DNA of 32,000 nt from Candidatus Saccharimonadota bacterium. GTDB lineage: Bacteria > Pseudomonadota > Alphaproteobacteria > Rickettsiales > Anaplasmataceae. The stretch covers positions 570,001-602,000 of the forward strand of contig NZ_CP046579.1 of NCBI RefSeq assembly GCF_013365475.1, in the 5' to 3' direction. A program made the translations under genes and the position numbers. This document shows, in pieces, positions 1-8,270 of this stretch; position 1 is the first letter of the stretch; each line of letters begins with the position of its first letter. The notes beneath the pieces were generated by a model. It saw only the letters and a program-made list of their open reading frames with translations. It had not been told where the DNA came from and made no database searches.

Positions 1-1437
1 ATGTACTATTCCATTTGCGTCTATGTCGAACGTTACTTCAATTTGAGGAATTCCGCGAGGAGCAGGTGGTATCCCTTCTAAACTAAATTGGCCAAGTAGC
101 TTATTATCAACTGCTAATTTTCTTTCACCTTGATATACTTTTATAGTAACAGCAGCTTGACTATCCTCTGCAGTTGAAAACACTTGAGACTTTTTAGTAG
201 GGATTGTAGTATTACGCTCAATAAGTGGAGTAAACACCCCTCCTAAGGTTTCAATACCAAGAGAAAGTGGTGTTACGTCAAGTAATAATACATCCCTTAC
301 ATCACCTTGAACAATTCCAGCTTGTATTGCAGCTCCAACTGCTACAACTTCATCAGGGTTTACACCTCTATGCGGATCCTTACCAAAGAACTCTTTAACT
401 TTTTCTATTACTTTTGGCATACGAGTCATTCCACCAACAAGCACCACTTCGCCAATTTGACTAGAAGAAATGCCAGCATCTTCAAGAGCTTTTTTACAAG
501 GGATCATAGTCTTCTCAATTAAATCATTGACTAAGCTTTCAAGCTTAGCCCTTGTTAACTTCATATTTAAGTGTTTTGGACCACTTGCATCAGCTGTGAT
601 GAATGGAAGATTTATTTCAGTTTCCATTGCACTTGATAGCTCAATTTTTGCTTTTTCTGCAGCTTCTTTGATCCTTTGCATGGCCATTGGATCATTCTTT
701 AAGCTAATACCATTATTTTTCTTAAACTCGTCTAATAAATAATCTACTATTGTGTCATCAAAGTCTTCACCACCAAGGTGGGTATCTCCATTCGTTGCTT
801 TTACCTCAAAAACTCCATCACCTATTTCAAGTATAGAGACATCAAATGTGCCTCCACCAAGGTCATATACCACTATTGTATGTCCATGTTTCTTATCAAG
901 ACCATAAGCAAGAGCAGCAGCAGTAGGTTCATTAACTATCCTAAGCACATTCAACCCAGCAATTTTCCCTGCATCCTTTGTTGCTTGACGTTGTGAGTCA
1001 TTAAAATATGCTGGTACTGTTATTACAGCATCTTTTACTTCCTCTCCAAGATAAGCTTCTGCTGCTTCTTTCATATTCTGCAGTATGAATGCACCAATTT
1101 GACTAGGAGAGTACTCTTTACTATTATCTGTTTTAACCCATGCATCACCATTCCTTGCTGCAAACACTTTATATGGCACATTTAGATTCTTTATCTCAGC
1201 ATCACTATGTTGACGGCCTATTAACCTCTTAGTAGCAAAAAAGGTATTACTTGCATTTGTAGTTGCTTGCCTTTTTGCAGGAGCACCAATTAGTCTTTCA
1301 CCTGATGAAGTAAATGCAACTATAGATGGAGTAGTTCTTGCTCCTTCTTTATTTTCTATTACTTTTACGTCTTTACCCTGCATTATCGCAACACAAGAAT
1401 TCGTCGTCCCAAGATCTATACCTATTGCTCTTCCCAT
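1..1437 (-). CDS. dnaK: Chaperone DnaK (Hsp70), N-terminal 479 codons; the C-terminus runs off the left edge of the window
   Basis: Absent from the ORF track because no stop lies inside the window. My reverse-strand translation from ATG at 1437-1435 gives [38 protein letters not shown], later [36 protein letters not shown], and ends [12 protein letters not shown] at nt 1. That is 479 codons with no stop. A GGGAG Shine-Dalgarno lies 7 nt upstream. The + strand ORFs at 307-996 are antisense shadows. Confidence 0.97.
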   Translation of the reverse strand, partial: MGRAIGIDLGTTNSCVAIMQGKDVKVIENKEGARTTPSIVAFTSSGERLIGAPAKRQATTNASNTFFATKRLIGRQHSDAEIKNLNVPYKVFAARNGDAWVKTDNSKEYSPSQIGAFILQNMKEAAEAYLGEEVKDAVITVPAYFNDSQRQATKDAGKIAGLNVLRIVNEPTAAALAYGLDKKHGHTIVVYDLGGGTFDVSILEIGDGVFEVKATNGDTHLGGEDFDDTIVDYLLDEFKKNNGISLKNDPMAMQRIKEAAEKAKIELSSAMETEINLPFITADASGPKHLNMKLTRAKLESLVNDLIEKTMIPCKKALEDAGISSSQIGEVVLVGGMTRMPKVIEKVKEFFGKDPHRGVNPDEVVAVGAAIQAGIVQGDVRDVLLLDVTPLSLGIETLGGVFTPLIERNTTIPTKKSQVFSTAEDSQAAVTIKVYQGERKLAVDNKLLGQFSLEGIPPAPRGIPQIEVTFDIDANGIVH

Positions 1438-1477
1438 AATAAAACTCCCTTATAAATAATATTATCTAACATAGGAT

Positions 1478-1506
1478 ATATAAGTATAGAACCTGGCAAT
1501 TACAAG
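1478..1506 (-). promoter_or_regulatory. Candidate sigma-32 (RpoH) type heat-shock promoter of dnaK
   Basis: The minus strand reads CTTG (1506-1503), an 18-nt spacer, then CTTATAT (1484-1478), about 40 nt upstream of the dnaK ATG. This resembles the alphaproteobacterial RpoH consensus as I recall it (about CTTG-N17/18-CYTATNT). It lies in the 88-nt gap between the rne stop and the dnaK start. Confidence 0.45.
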
Positions 1507-1525
1507 CCCCATTTAGGATTTCTAG

Positions 1526-3298
1526 TTAGCTATTAGAGCTCAAAAGACGTGAAAGCCATCTAGTTAACCAAAAATTATTTTGTAATTCACTTGAATCATC
1601 ATTTTTCTCATCACGTCTACTTTCAATTTTATAACCAGAGTTTTGCAGTGGCTTACACTCGTTTGAATCGACATCATCACCACGCTTTAAAACAAACACA
1701 TCTATACCTAAATTATTATCAGCATTAACATTTAATTTGATATTGAACTCTTTTTCAATTGTAGAAACCGTATCGCGTTTATTACTAAAAATATGTGCAA
1801 TAATTGATCCATGTGCTGTTAAATTAAATGATCCACTTCGATTCTTACTAGCAATATATTGTAACTCTCTTAATATTGATGCAGAAATTACTTCATTTGA
1901 TTTTACTTTGCCAACTCCCTTGCAGTGAAAACATTCTATAGTGTTAATTTCCTGTATGCTTGGCTTAATCCTTTGCCTTGAAAATACCATCAAACCAAAG
2001 TCGTTTATGTAGCTAAGCTGAACCCTAGCCCTATCATCTCTAAATGCTTGTTTGACAGCAAACTCAACAGCTCTACAATACTGATATTTTAACATACCAA
2101 TAAAATCAACTACTATTAGCCCTGATAAACCTCTCAGATTCACTTGCCTTGATATCTCAGGCACTGCCTCCATATTAGTTCTATAAGCCGTTTCTTCTAT
2201 GCTATCTTCCCCAGTCATTTTCCCAGAGTTTACATCTATTGAAACAAATGCTTCAGTTAAAGTTATTATTAATGAACCTCCAGAAGGTAATTTTACTCTA
2301 TTGCTATATAGCTCAGAAACTTGATCCTCAATTCCATAGTAAGTAAATATTGGGATAAACCCTCTATACAACCTATAACGTAACTTACTGCCTTTTAACA
2401 CATTTTCAGCATATTGTCTAACTGACTCAAAAGCCTCCTTTCCAGATACTATAATTTCTACATCATTGCTACAAAGATCACGAATGGACCTCATAATTAA
2501 ATCTGCTTCATTATAAATCAAGGATGGAATATTTGCAGAAAAAGCATTTTTTTGAATATCCTGCCACAATGAAAATAAATAATTATAATCTTGTTCAATC
2601 TCTTTTTTGCTTTTTCCTGAGCCAACAGTTCTTATTATTAAACCTGACTTTTTTGGTAAGTTTATTGAATCGAGTATATCTTTTAATTGCTTTCTAATAT
2701 TAGAATCTTCAACTCTTCGAGATATCCCACCTCTATTTATAGAATTTGGCATAAAAATACAGTACCTACCTACTAAAGTTATATAAGTTGTAAATGAGGC
2801 ACCTTTGTTACCTCGTTCCTCCTTAGTCAGTTGAACTAACATTTTTTGATTAACTGTAATAACATCCTGCAACTTGTATTTTTTATATAAAGGTACCTCC
2901 TTTACAAAACTACCACTGGACTCATTAATATTTTTATTAGATGTAGAATCTAAAGAGATATTTGCTGATGTACCACTATTTTCCTCTACACAATCGCTAC
3001 TTGAGTAATTCTCAAAGAGAGCTTCTTTTTCCTTTTCTGGAATGTTAAAATAATCTGGAGATATTTCAGAAAAAGATAAAAACCCTTGCTTATTTTTACC
3101 ATATTCAATAAATACAGCCTGTAAAGAAGGCTTTATACGCTTAACATAGGCAACATATATATTACCTCTTAACTGTTTTTTCTCTTTAAATTCTTGTTCA
3201 AATTCTACAACCTTATTATTAACTGACAAAGCAACTCTCACTTCATCAGAACAGATAGAATTTTCTATTAACAGTAACCTTTTACCACTACTTGCCAC
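1526..3298 (-). CDS. rne: Ribonuclease E/G family endoribonuclease, short form without a C-terminal scaffold
   Basis: 590-aa ORF with a GTG start. The N-terminus KRLLLIEN resembles E. coli RNase E MKRMLINAT. It has an S1-like segment GNIYVAYVKRIKPSLQAVFIEYG, catalytic-domain motifs SIDVNSGK and LIVVDFIGM, and a Zn-link-like CFHCKGVGKV. Confidence 0.9.
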   Translation of the reverse strand: MASSGKRLLLIENSICSDEVRVALSVNNKVVEFEQEFKEKKQLRGNIYVAYVKRIKPSLQAVFIEYGKNKQGFLSFSEISPDYFNIPEKEKEALFENYSSSDCVEENSGTSANISLDSTSNKNINESSGSFVKEVPLYKKYKLQDVITVNQKMLVQLTKEERGNKGASFTTYITLVGRYCIFMPNSINRGGISRRVEDSNIRKQLKDILDSINLPKKSGLIIRTVGSGKSKKEIEQDYNYLFSLWQDIQKNAFSANIPSLIYNEADLIMRSIRDLCSNDVEIIVSGKEAFESVRQYAENVLKGSKLRYRLYRGFIPIFTYYGIEDQVSELYSNRVKLPSGGSLIITLTEAFVSIDVNSGKMTGEDSIEETAYRTNMEAVPEISRQVNLRGLSGLIVVDFIGMLKYQYCRAVEFAVKQAFRDDRARVQLSYINDFGLMVFSRQRIKPSIQEINTIECFHCKGVGKVKSNEVISASILRELQYIASKNRSGSFNLTAHGSIIAHIFSNKRDTVSTIEKEFNIKLNVNADNNLGIDVFVLKRGDDVDSNECKPLQNSGYKIESRRDEKNDDSSELQNNFWLTRWLSRLLSSNS

Positions 3299-3391
3299 TT
3301 GCCTTTCGTTCTGAATTTAACTCTATATTATCAACATACCACAGGTTGTCAAGAATCTTGCGATCTATACCACCTAAAAGGTATAAAGTAG

Positions 3392-3420
3392 TTGACTTTT
3401 ACTGTTCTGTGTGATAAAAT
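3392..3420 (+). promoter_or_regulatory. Candidate sigma-70 promoter for rpmG (and the downstream HTH gene)
   Basis: TTGACT (3392-3397), a 17-nt spacer, then TAAAAT (3415-3420), with TG two nt upstream of the -10 (extended -10 like). It lies 30 nt before the rpmG ATG, in the divergent rne/rpmG spacer. Confidence 0.5.
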
Positions 3421-3449
3421 TATAGAAGAATTATACTATTATATTAAAT

Positions 3450-3650
3450 ATGGCAAAAAAAAATGTTTCTTTGCTTGTTAAGTTAGTTAGTAGTGCAACC
3501 AAAAGAATAAGCACAGGTGAAAAAAAACTAACAGGTTATTTTTATATAAAAAAGCGTAATCCCAAAAAACTCACTAGAAAACTGGAATTTAGAAAATACG
3601 ATCCGGTAGTCAGGAAGCATGTTTTATTTAAAGAAGAAAGATTAAAGTAA
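3450..3650 (+). CDS. rpmG: 50S ribosomal protein L33 (Cys-less form, with a short internal insertion)
   Basis: 66 aa. MAKK...KLVSSA and YFY...[23 protein letters not shown] align with E. coli L33 ([46 protein letters not shown]). Confidence 0.93.
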   Translation: MAKKNVSLLVKLVSSATKRISTGEKKLTGYFYIKKRNPKKLTRKLEFRKYDPVVRKHVLFKEERLK

Positions 3651-3674
3651 TTCTCTACAAGAAAGTTTTTTGTC

Positions 3675-3950
3675 ATGCAAGATCTACAATTAAATTATCC
3701 AATACTGATAGAACTGAATAACATAAAAAGCACAAAACTGAAGTTGATAAAAATCATTGCACAGCTAATAAGTAAAAAATACAAAACACAAAAGAAAGCA
3801 GCAACCGCCTTAGGAATTGACCAACCCAAAGTATCTCAAATTAATAAGTCAAAAATTGAAGGGTTTTCGTTAGAGTACATGCTTAACTTATTAGTCACAC
3901 TTGGTCAAGATATATGCATAGAAATAAGGGATAATTCTGAATCTATGTAA
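3675..3950 (+). CDS. Small XRE/Cro-type helix-turn-helix DNA-binding protein (antitoxin-like fold, no partner gene)
   Basis: 91 aa. The HTH core is KKAATALGIDQPKVSQINKSKIEGFSLEYMLNLLVTLGQDICIEI, the pattern seen in XRE-family or HigA-like small regulators. It starts 24 nt after the rpmG stop. Confidence 0.7.
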   Translation: MQDLQLNYPILIELNNIKSTKLKLIKIIAQLISKKYKTQKKAATALGIDQPKVSQINKSKIEGFSLEYMLNLLVTLGQDICIEIRDNSESM

Positions 3951-5146
3951 TGAAATTTACTATTCACTTTCATTTGATCTACTACAATAGTACCAATAAA
4001 AACTTTTTGAATAGGGTTTAACGAATAAACCAAATCATGAGAGAACTAATTAAAAGTTTCCATTTTAAAAATTCTGTTTCAGTATTTATAAGTATAAATA
4101 TCAAAAGCTGTTAGACTACTAAGCATAGATCTGAAGAATAATAGTCTTCCAGATTAAACAAACTGCTAGTATAGTTCTTATAATATTGATCAAAATCTCT
4201 CCATTTCCTTTGCACTATCACTGTATTTTTGCCACTTAAAATTATCGGCATGATGTATCTTATCTCGAGTTTGCTTATGTTAAATCTTAATGCTTTACAG
4301 CCCATTTTTTTAATCTGCAGCTCAAAGAATAAGGTGCTGTATCAATATTCACACAAGATATTGCAATTTAGGACTTAGCTGCTGCACAACCTTTCCTACT
4401 AAAGTGAAGAACAAATAAACTATAAACACCTATGACAAGGCAATCTTACGCAATATTAAAGCAACAATACGCTTACATTTTTACTAAGTGCATGAAATTA
4501 TAATATAAAACAGAACTCTCTCTGATTATTTCAATAATAATAAACTTTAGTTATGAGCCACTTTTAAATCTTGTAGGTAATTTGCCTCAGTGAATTTAGA
4601 TCGCCATGTTGATACTTCACAGGCCTAGTTTTGTTAAAAACACAGAAAATACATGCTAGTATGATTTATTTTTATATAAAAATAGTCTTGTTAACAACAA
4701 GTAACAAATACTAGCTGATCTAATAAAACTAGAAGTCTAAGTTAAAGGTGAAACACATACTGATCTTTTTACCTTAAATAAGGTAATTAAGGATTATTAG
4801 ACTCTACTTGTCCATATACGTTTTACTTTTAAATAACATGCTACTTCTAATTTTACTAAAACAGGTAATCGTTATCAGAAAAACTGATAAATTTCCACCT
4901 GAGATCATGGCTCATTATCTAAATCTAACTCCTAACATTTTCTACTTACCTTAACAATAAGGTATCACAGTCTCATTTATAGCTCATAAGTAGATTTAGT
5001 CTTTAAATGATATACCTGAAAAATATCATAGTAAAATCATAACTACATACTCTTTTTAAGAGTAGATACACTAAAATATATACTATTATAGTAAATTTAT
5101 ATCACACTAAAATAAATATAGAAAGAAACTTGTAAAATATGACTAG

Positions 5147-5220
5147 TGGCTGAGGAGGGATTTGAACCCACGGCCAAGAGATTATGATCCTCCTGCTCTA
5201 CCAATCTGAGCTACTCAGCC
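5147..5220 (-). tRNA. tRNA with CAT anticodon (elongator Met or lysidine-modified Ile2; not initiator)
   Basis: Minus strand: GGCTGAG TA GCTC AGATTGGTA GAGC A GGAGG ATCATAA TCTCT TGGCC GTGGG TTCAAAT CCCTC CTCAGCC A. The acceptor stem is a perfect 7 bp, with D arm GCTC/GAGC, a 7-nt anticodon loop with T33-CAT-A37, and T-loop TTCAAAT. There is one T:T mismatch in the T stem. G1:C72 pairing argues against initiator tRNA. CCA is not encoded. Confidence 0.85.
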
Positions 5221-6512
5221 TAATTAAAAACCTTACTATACATATAGTCTATATGTTTTGTATAATAACTCACATCAAATAAAGACTCAAGCTTCTTAGA
5301 ATCAATAACTTTAAACAAAGACTCATCTTTCTTCAATTCAGAAAGAAAATCACTATTATCTTGTTTCACCTTCATCGCGTTACTTTGAACAATTTCATAT
5401 GCTTCTTCTCTTGTTAAACCACTACGTACTAACTCAAGCAACACACGTTGCGAGAAAATTAGACCTTTTGAAGAGCTCAAGTTTTTTTCAACATTTTTTT
5501 TATTAATCACTAATTTATCTATTAGATCTGTTAATCGCACTAAGGCAAAATCCATCACTATGCAAGCATCAGGAGCAATGCACCTCTCTACAGAAGAATG
5601 TGAAATATCACGTTCATGCCATAATGCAACATTTTCTAATGCAGGAAATATATAACTTCGTATTAAACGCGATAGCCCAGTCAAATTTTCACTTAAAATA
5701 GGATTGCACTTATGTGGCATAGCAGAACTTCCCTTTTGTCCAGTGGAGAAATACTCAGAGATTTCTGCAATTTCAGTTCTTTGCAAATGACGGATTTCAA
5801 TAGCAACATTTTCTATTGAGCTTGCAATAATACCTAAAACTGAAAAAAACATAGCATGCCTATCACGAGGAATCACTTGAGACGAAACAGTTTCAGGTAT
5901 AAGACCCATCTTCTCTGCTACATATTCTTCAACAAACGGATCAATATTTGCAAAATTCCCTACTGCACCTGACATTTTACAAGTTGAGATTTCTTTTTGT
6001 GCATTAACCAACCTTTGGTAGCTTCGCTTGAACTCTGCATAAAACCTAGCAAATTTTAACCCAAGTGTTGTCGGTTCTGCGTGCATTCCGTGACTTCGCC
6101 CAATACATACAGTATCTTTATAGCCCTCAGCCTTTTCTTTTAATATTGCAAGCAAATTTTTTAAATTCTCAAGTAGAAGATCACATGATTCTTTTACCTG
6201 CACAGCGAGACATGTATCCAATACATCGGAACTTGTCATCCCATAATGAAGGTAGCGAACATCAAGCCCGACTTTTTCAGCAATATAAGTTAAAAAAGCT
6301 ATAATGTCATGCTTTACAGTGAATTCAATTTCATTGATACGTTCAGTATCAAATACAATAGTGCTGGAAAGCTTTTTAGCAACATAATTTGGGATCACTC
6401 CTAACTTCGCTTGAGCCTCACAGGCTAATCTTTCTATTTTGAGCCATATATCAAATTTATTGCTTTCCTTCCAGATAGAAGACATTTCTTTGCGACTATA
6501 ACGAGGAATCAT
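5220..6512 (-). CDS. purB: Adenylosuccinate lyase
   Basis: 430 aa. It carries the fumarate-lyase family signature GSSAMPHKCNP and the N-terminus MIPRYSRKEMSSIW typical of PurB. Confidence 0.96.
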   Translation of the reverse strand: MIPRYSRKEMSSIWKESNKFDIWLKIERLACEAQAKLGVIPNYVAKKLSSTIVFDTERINEIEFTVKHDIIAFLTYIAEKVGLDVRYLHYGMTSSDVLDTCLAVQVKESCDLLLENLKNLLAILKEKAEGYKDTVCIGRSHGMHAEPTTLGLKFARFYAEFKRSYQRLVNAQKEISTCKMSGAVGNFANIDPFVEEYVAEKMGLIPETVSSQVIPRDRHAMFFSVLGIIASSIENVAIEIRHLQRTEIAEISEYFSTGQKGSSAMPHKCNPILSENLTGLSRLIRSYIFPALENVALWHERDISHSSVERCIAPDACIVMDFALVRLTDLIDKLVINKKNVEKNLSSSKGLIFSQRVLLELVRSGLTREEAYEIVQSNAMKVKQDNSDFLSELKKDESLFKVIDSKKLESLFDVSYYTKHIDYMYSKVFN

Positions 6513-6602
6513 TGAAAAAAAACCTCAAATTTTATTCGGGTGTTAAGCACTTGGTAATATCAATTTAGCTATAAAAACATTCATGCAAACAAAATCAGAA
6601 AT

Positions 6603-7163
6603 TCACTTATGATTAACCTTATCACTAGTTCCCTCCTTGCTTAAGTCCTGTCCATGCTCTTCTTGCTGTTGGAGCTTTTGTCTTCGCAATTTTGCCTGTC
6701 TCAACTCATATGCATCCATTTCTGACCTAACAACATACACAGTAATTGGTATAACTATCTTGCTATGAAGTTCTATATTAACTTGATATTCACCTAAATT
6801 TTTTACTTTTAGCCCATTAAAAGATATCTTGCGATGATCAATTTCATGAACTTTCAACAAAGACTTTGCAATTTCCTTAGTAGTTACAGATCCAAAAATC
6901 TTGCCATCTTCAGAAGCTTGCTTCACTAATACTACAAACTCATCTGCAAGAGACGCTGCTAGCTCTTTTGCTAAACTTAACTTTCTCATATTTTCACTTT
7001 CTAAAAAGGAACGTTGCTCTTCCAGTTTTGCTATGTTCTCCTTAGTAGCTCTGACTGCCTTCTTTTGTGGAAAAAGAAAATTACGTGCATAACCAGGCTT
7101 CACTTTCACAACCTCACCTAACTTACCTAGAGTTCTTATTTCTTCCTTTAAAATCACCAACAT
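6603..7163 (-). CDS. rplI: 50S ribosomal protein L9 (with a basic/acidic C-terminal tail)
   Basis: MLVILKEEIRTLGKLGEVVKVKPGYARNFLFPQKKAV parallels E. coli [37 protein letters not shown]. It is the last gene of the rpsF-rpsR-rplI cluster. Confidence 0.93.
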   Translation of the reverse strand: MLVILKEEIRTLGKLGEVVKVKPGYARNFLFPQKKAVRATKENIAKLEEQRSFLESENMRKLSLAKELAASLADEFVVLVKQASEDGKIFGSVTTKEIAKSLLKVHEIDHRKISFNGLKVKNLGEYQVNIELHSKIVIPITVYVVRSEMDAYELRQAKLRRQKLQQQEEHGQDLSKEGTSDKVNHK

Positions 7164-7170
7164 AAATCAC

Positions 7171-7446
7171 CTAAATTTTTCTAGTACAATATGGAACAAG
7201 GGCTAAAAAACGTGCTCTTATAATTGCTAACCGCAATTTCCTTTGCTTTCTTGCAGACACATTTGTTAGCCTTCTAGGTAATATCCTACCATAGTCAGAG
7301 GTAAACTTAGATAACAAATCAGTATTCTTATAATCTATATCTTCATCCTTAGATGCAGCAAGAGGACAAATTTTAGGACGCCTAAACCCAGCTCTATTAT
7401 TCGCAGGCACATAGGAATCGTTAAAATTATTCCGTTTCTTTACCAT
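7171..7446 (-). CDS. rpsR: 30S ribosomal protein S18
   Basis: 91 aa. DYKNTDLLSKFTSDYGRILPRRLTNVSARKQRKLRLAIIRARFLALVPY matches the S18 core. Its ATG overlaps the rpsF stop as TAATG. Confidence 0.93.
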   Translation of the reverse strand: MVKKRNNFNDSYVPANNRAGFRRPKICPLAASKDEDIDYKNTDLLSKFTSDYGRILPRRLTNVSARKQRKLRLAIIRARFLALVPYCTRKI

Positions 7447-8222
7447 TAGAAACTTTGCTCCTCAATTTGCCTATTCATCATATAAGATTTACCTTCAAAA
7501 AATTTGTCAACTTGTATAGATAGGTGGCGAATAATATTCTCATTAAGCTTTACTCTACGTACAAATTCTTTCATAATACTTGAAGTAGAACCTATACACA
7601 TCATACAGTAATGACCACTTTTCATTTTGTTTATTGGATATGCGAAGTCTAGTAACCCCCAATATTCATATTTTACCAACCCAGAAGCTTCAATATTTTC
7701 TAAAAGCACTTTCAACGTTTCATTCAACTGATCTAAGTTTACTATTTCATGATCCTTCAAAGTATCTTGAAAAATCTTTGCTAAACTATCTGAGATGTTT
7801 TTTTTTAAAACACTTACTACGTTATGAATGAATGAGCTCTTAGAAATTTGCTTATTACCCTCTAAAAGTTTTATAAAACCCTGTGTTGTCCCCAAACCTT
7901 TTAATTCACTTTTCAATTCCTTACCAATTCTCAATTTGATTTCTTTTAAATTTGAAAGATCTTCCTTCAGCTCAATCCATAAAATTTTTGAAAAATTTTC
8001 CAAGAAATTAGAATAATCAACTAAACTCTCTTGAACAGCTTTAGAGCTTACTTCTAGTTCTTGCTCCGCAAGCTTGTTTTTTTCCAGAAAGCCTTTGACT
8101 TTTTGAAAAATAATATCATTCTTAATACTCCTAAATAAGAGAGATAATTCTTGAACCATTTCTTCTACTTCTTGCTGTAATAAACTCTGCTGCACTATAA
8201 AAGTAAACTCGTAAAGACTCAC
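7446..8222 (-). CDS. rpsF: 30S ribosomal protein S6 with a large internal insertion
   Basis: 258 aa. The ends match S6 (MSLYEFTFIV... and YEYWGLLDFAYPINKMKSGHYCMMCI...IIRHLSIQV). GTG start preceded by GGGGAG at 5 nt. Canonical position ahead of rpsR-rplI. Confidence 0.85.
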   Translation of the reverse strand: MSLYEFTFIVQQSLLQQEVEEMVQELSLLFRSIKNDIIFQKVKGFLEKNKLAEQELEVSSKAVQESLVDYSNFLENFSKILWIELKEDLSNLKEIKLRIGKELKSELKGLGTTQGFIKLLEGNKQISKSSFIHNVVSVLKKNISDSLAKIFQDTLKDHEIVNLDQLNETLKVLLENIEASGLVKYEYWGLLDFAYPINKMKSGHYCMMCIGSTSSIMKEFVRRVKLNENIIRHLSIQVDKFFEGKSYMMNRQIEEQSF

Positions 8223-8270
8223 TATATCTCCCCTAAGTACGGATTAAATATTTCATTATATAGAACCTTT

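Noticed and set aside
307-996. Three + strand ORFs (71-90 aa) in the first kilobase
   Set aside because: They lie antisense to an uninterrupted, unmistakable dnaK reading frame and have low-complexity sequences. They are shadow ORFs.
3450-3950. rpmG and the HTH ORF are in the same frame, separated by one TAA and 8 codons (possible read-through fusion)
   Set aside because: Same-frame placement has a one-in-three chance. There is no read-through context or slippery signal, and the HTH ORF has its own ATG.
4111-4305. A 64-aa minus-strand ORF in the spacer after the HTH gene, considered as a possible toxin partner
   Set aside because: It is on the opposite strand and 160 nt from the HTH gene, has no RelE/HigB/ParE-like motifs, and has an implausible composition. 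There is no evidence for a toxin-antitoxin pair.
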